From the NCBI GenBank assembly GCA_963771175.1, contig CAVYSY010000024.1, positions 192,001-256,000 of the forward strand: a stretch of DNA of 64,000 nt, given 5' to 3'. This DNA is from an uncultured delta proteobacterium. GTDB taxonomy: Bacteria; Myxococcota; Myxococcia; Myxococcales; Myxococcaceae. The notes below the pieces were generated by a model, which worked only from the letters and a program-made list of their open reading frames with translations, did no database searches and was not told where the DNA came from. Below, piece by piece: positions 62,162-64,000 of the stretch (the first letter of the stretch is position 1; the number at the start of each line of letters is the position of its first letter). Position numbers and translations under genes: made by a program.

Positions 62162-62196
62162 GGTACGGGGGGATGGAAAACCTCAAGCAGGACGCG

Positions 62197-62321
62197 CCCT
62201 TACCCGCCATCCCCTTGATTTACTCGGGTTCGTCGTCCCGCACTATCCCACCCCGCGCCACCTCATCCCACCTCGTCCCCCCTGAACCCGCGCTGGAGGG
62301 GCACATACGGGGCACATGGGC
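62197..62321. mobile_element. End of a second integrative element, with GGGGCACAT direct repeats
   Basis: GGGGCACAT at 62298-62306 and 62309-62317; adjacent to the att core; homologous to 49902-50007. Confidence 0.65.
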
Positions 62322-62468
62322 GCGTCACACCACCGCCTCGGCGATCGTTGGTCGCGCCAACTCGTGCTCACACGCCTGACCTAAAGTTCAGAGGCCTCCG
62401 CCCGAAGCGGGCAGGTTCGGGGAAACCCCGCTGAGGCTTCCCGCTATGGGTGTAGGAGGAGCCCACAT

Positions 62469-64000
62469 GCTGAAGTCCAAAAAGAAGCTTTTCGAGGAGA
62501 CCCGGAAGGGTTTGCAGGCGCTTCAGGAAGAGAAGGTCTACGACCAAGCCCTCGCAGAGAACCCCGAATCCTGGAACTTGCGTCTTCGAGCTGCAGAGCC
62601 TGCTCGCCCTGGGCCACAGGGAGGAAGCGCTCCCACTCTTCCAGCAGGCTCTGGCGCTCCATCCGGAGGCGGATGACAGCGCCGCAGCGGCAGCTGCCCG
62701 CCATGACCTAGCACATGCGCTCGCGGATGAGCAGGAGAACGTCTTCGCGCTCAACACCGCCAGGCAACTCTACAGCCGTGCGCTGGAATCATCGGCCCGC
62801 CAACGCGCCCCGCTCCGCTCCGCGGAGACCGAAAGCTCTCTCGCCGTCTGCCTGCGCCGGATGGCTCACCTTGTCTCTCGGGAGGATCGCGCGCCGCTCT
62901 TCGAGGAGATCGAACGACGCTACAGAAGTGCCATATGGAGGCTGGAGGGCTGCGGTCAGCTGGGCCTTCAACAACTCTCCGAGGTCCACCTGAACCTCGC
63001 CAACTTCCTGGGAACCGAACGTGGGGAGGTTGAGCGTGCCATCCGCGAGTATGACCGAGCGGAGGAATGCGCCCGGCGTGCCAAAGAGTTCTTCGGTCCC
63101 TCCCGCAACTCCATTCCCCTGCGGGCCCGGCTCTCCTCCGCGAGCCTGCTGCGCGTGCGTGGACGAAAGCAAGACCTCAAGCAGGCCGAGCGATTGGCGA
63201 AGGAGGTCATCCAAGCGGGGGACCCGCAGTACCAGGGGCTCGCGCGCATGGAGTTCGCCGAGGTCATCCTCGCAGGGGATGCTCCCGACCGGGCGACCCG
63301 CGCCCGCGCTTTGCTGGAGCAGGTGCGATGGAACGTGCTGGACCAGTTCGAGCACCTGAGGCACTTGGCAGCCCTGCTCAGGCGTTCCGATGGACGTCAG
63401 GCCGCCATCGAGCTGCTGAGCGGATTCATCGAGAAGGCCATCCACCATCGGGCCCAGGCCACCATCTCCGACTTCGAGGCGGACGCGGCTTCGGTCGATC
63501 TGCAGGATGCCGCGGAGTTGGTGGCGCGCATCCTCGCGCAGGACCAACAGGATGCGCTGCACGCCTTTCTGGCACTCGAGAATACGAGTGGCTTCCGCTT
63601 CGCCGAGAACCTCTCCTCGTATGTGCGAAGGCCCGAGGAGCCGTTGGCCAAGGCTCTTTACGACGAGCTGAAGAAGCACATGGGACAGACGTACATGCTC
63701 GACACCTTCGCGCAGTCGATGAAGCGCCAGGCCCCCGATGAGCAGCGGGAGTACCTCGACAACATCATTCCCCAGTTGAAGCAGTCTGCCGAGGACAAGG
63801 ACTCCGGCTTCATCCTGCCCAGCTGCATCGCCGCCCGAAAGGCGCCCGTCCCCTCAGAATACTTCGACACGTTGGTCGAAAAGGGGCGCCAGCAAGTGCT
63901 CCGGCTGCGCTACTCGCTCGCCCGGGCGGACACGACCTTCGCGGAGGTCCAGCACATCCTCAACCAGAACCTTGGCTCCGAGGAGCTGACCGACGTGCTC
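62469..64000 (+). CDS. Large TPR-repeat protein, probably TPR-CHAT (frameshift near 62598; runs off window)
   Basis: AGGAGG RBS + ATG 62469; after the frameshift an open frame to 64000: LLALGHREEALPLFQQALAL..RQLYSRAL..VHLNLANFL..AIREYDRAEE..ALHAFLALENTSGFRFAENL. Confidence 0.7.

Noticed and set aside
62136..62215. Complete tRNA gene
   Set aside because: Only the T-arm and acceptor 3' strand are present; the sequence where the 5' half should be cannot form D or anticodon arms
62789..63679. 296-aa minus-strand ORF
   Set aside because: Antisense shadow of the plus-strand TPR gene, which has an RBS and a coherent repeat pattern

Overview
High-GC myxobacterial chromosomal window (gene content and style fit Cystobacterineae such as Archangium, Cystobacter or Myxococcus relatives). 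About 1-17 kb is core-like: lptG-lptF-purD, a Zn-ribbon/TPR protein, purH, an AsgB-like sigma-region-4 protein, a MerR-like HTH, two Ser/Thr kinases and a choice-of-anchor-D/vWA lipoprotein. About 17-49.7 kb is mixed accessory content: a lipid-modifying cluster, ThrE exporter, thiD, two paralogous GAF histidine kinases, a sigma54-controlled adaptor/ABC-ATPase/two-component operon with no permease, a vWA/two-component locus, a SWIM-fused ATP-dependent DNA ligase, a subtilase, a secreted Vps62/NPP1-like protein with a PKD partner, a Deinococcus-type GlnRS-YqeY and a CoA-transferase. From about 49.9 kb the sequence looks like a tandem genomic-island hotspot at a tRNA(Leu)-like att site. One decayed or composite island carries a Type III R-M system, an AcrAB-OprM-type pump, TetR and the C-terminal remnant of a tyrosine integrase. 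It is followed by a displaced tRNA 3' end with terminator, and then the start of a second island whose first gene is a large TPR protein (probably TPR-CHAT) that runs off the window and is mostly absent from the ORF track. Many genes carry frameshifts, mostly single-base insertions concentrated in conserved genes, which most likely reflect assembly or polishing error rather than true pseudogenes. All family assignments come from motif recognition by eye; no database search was run.
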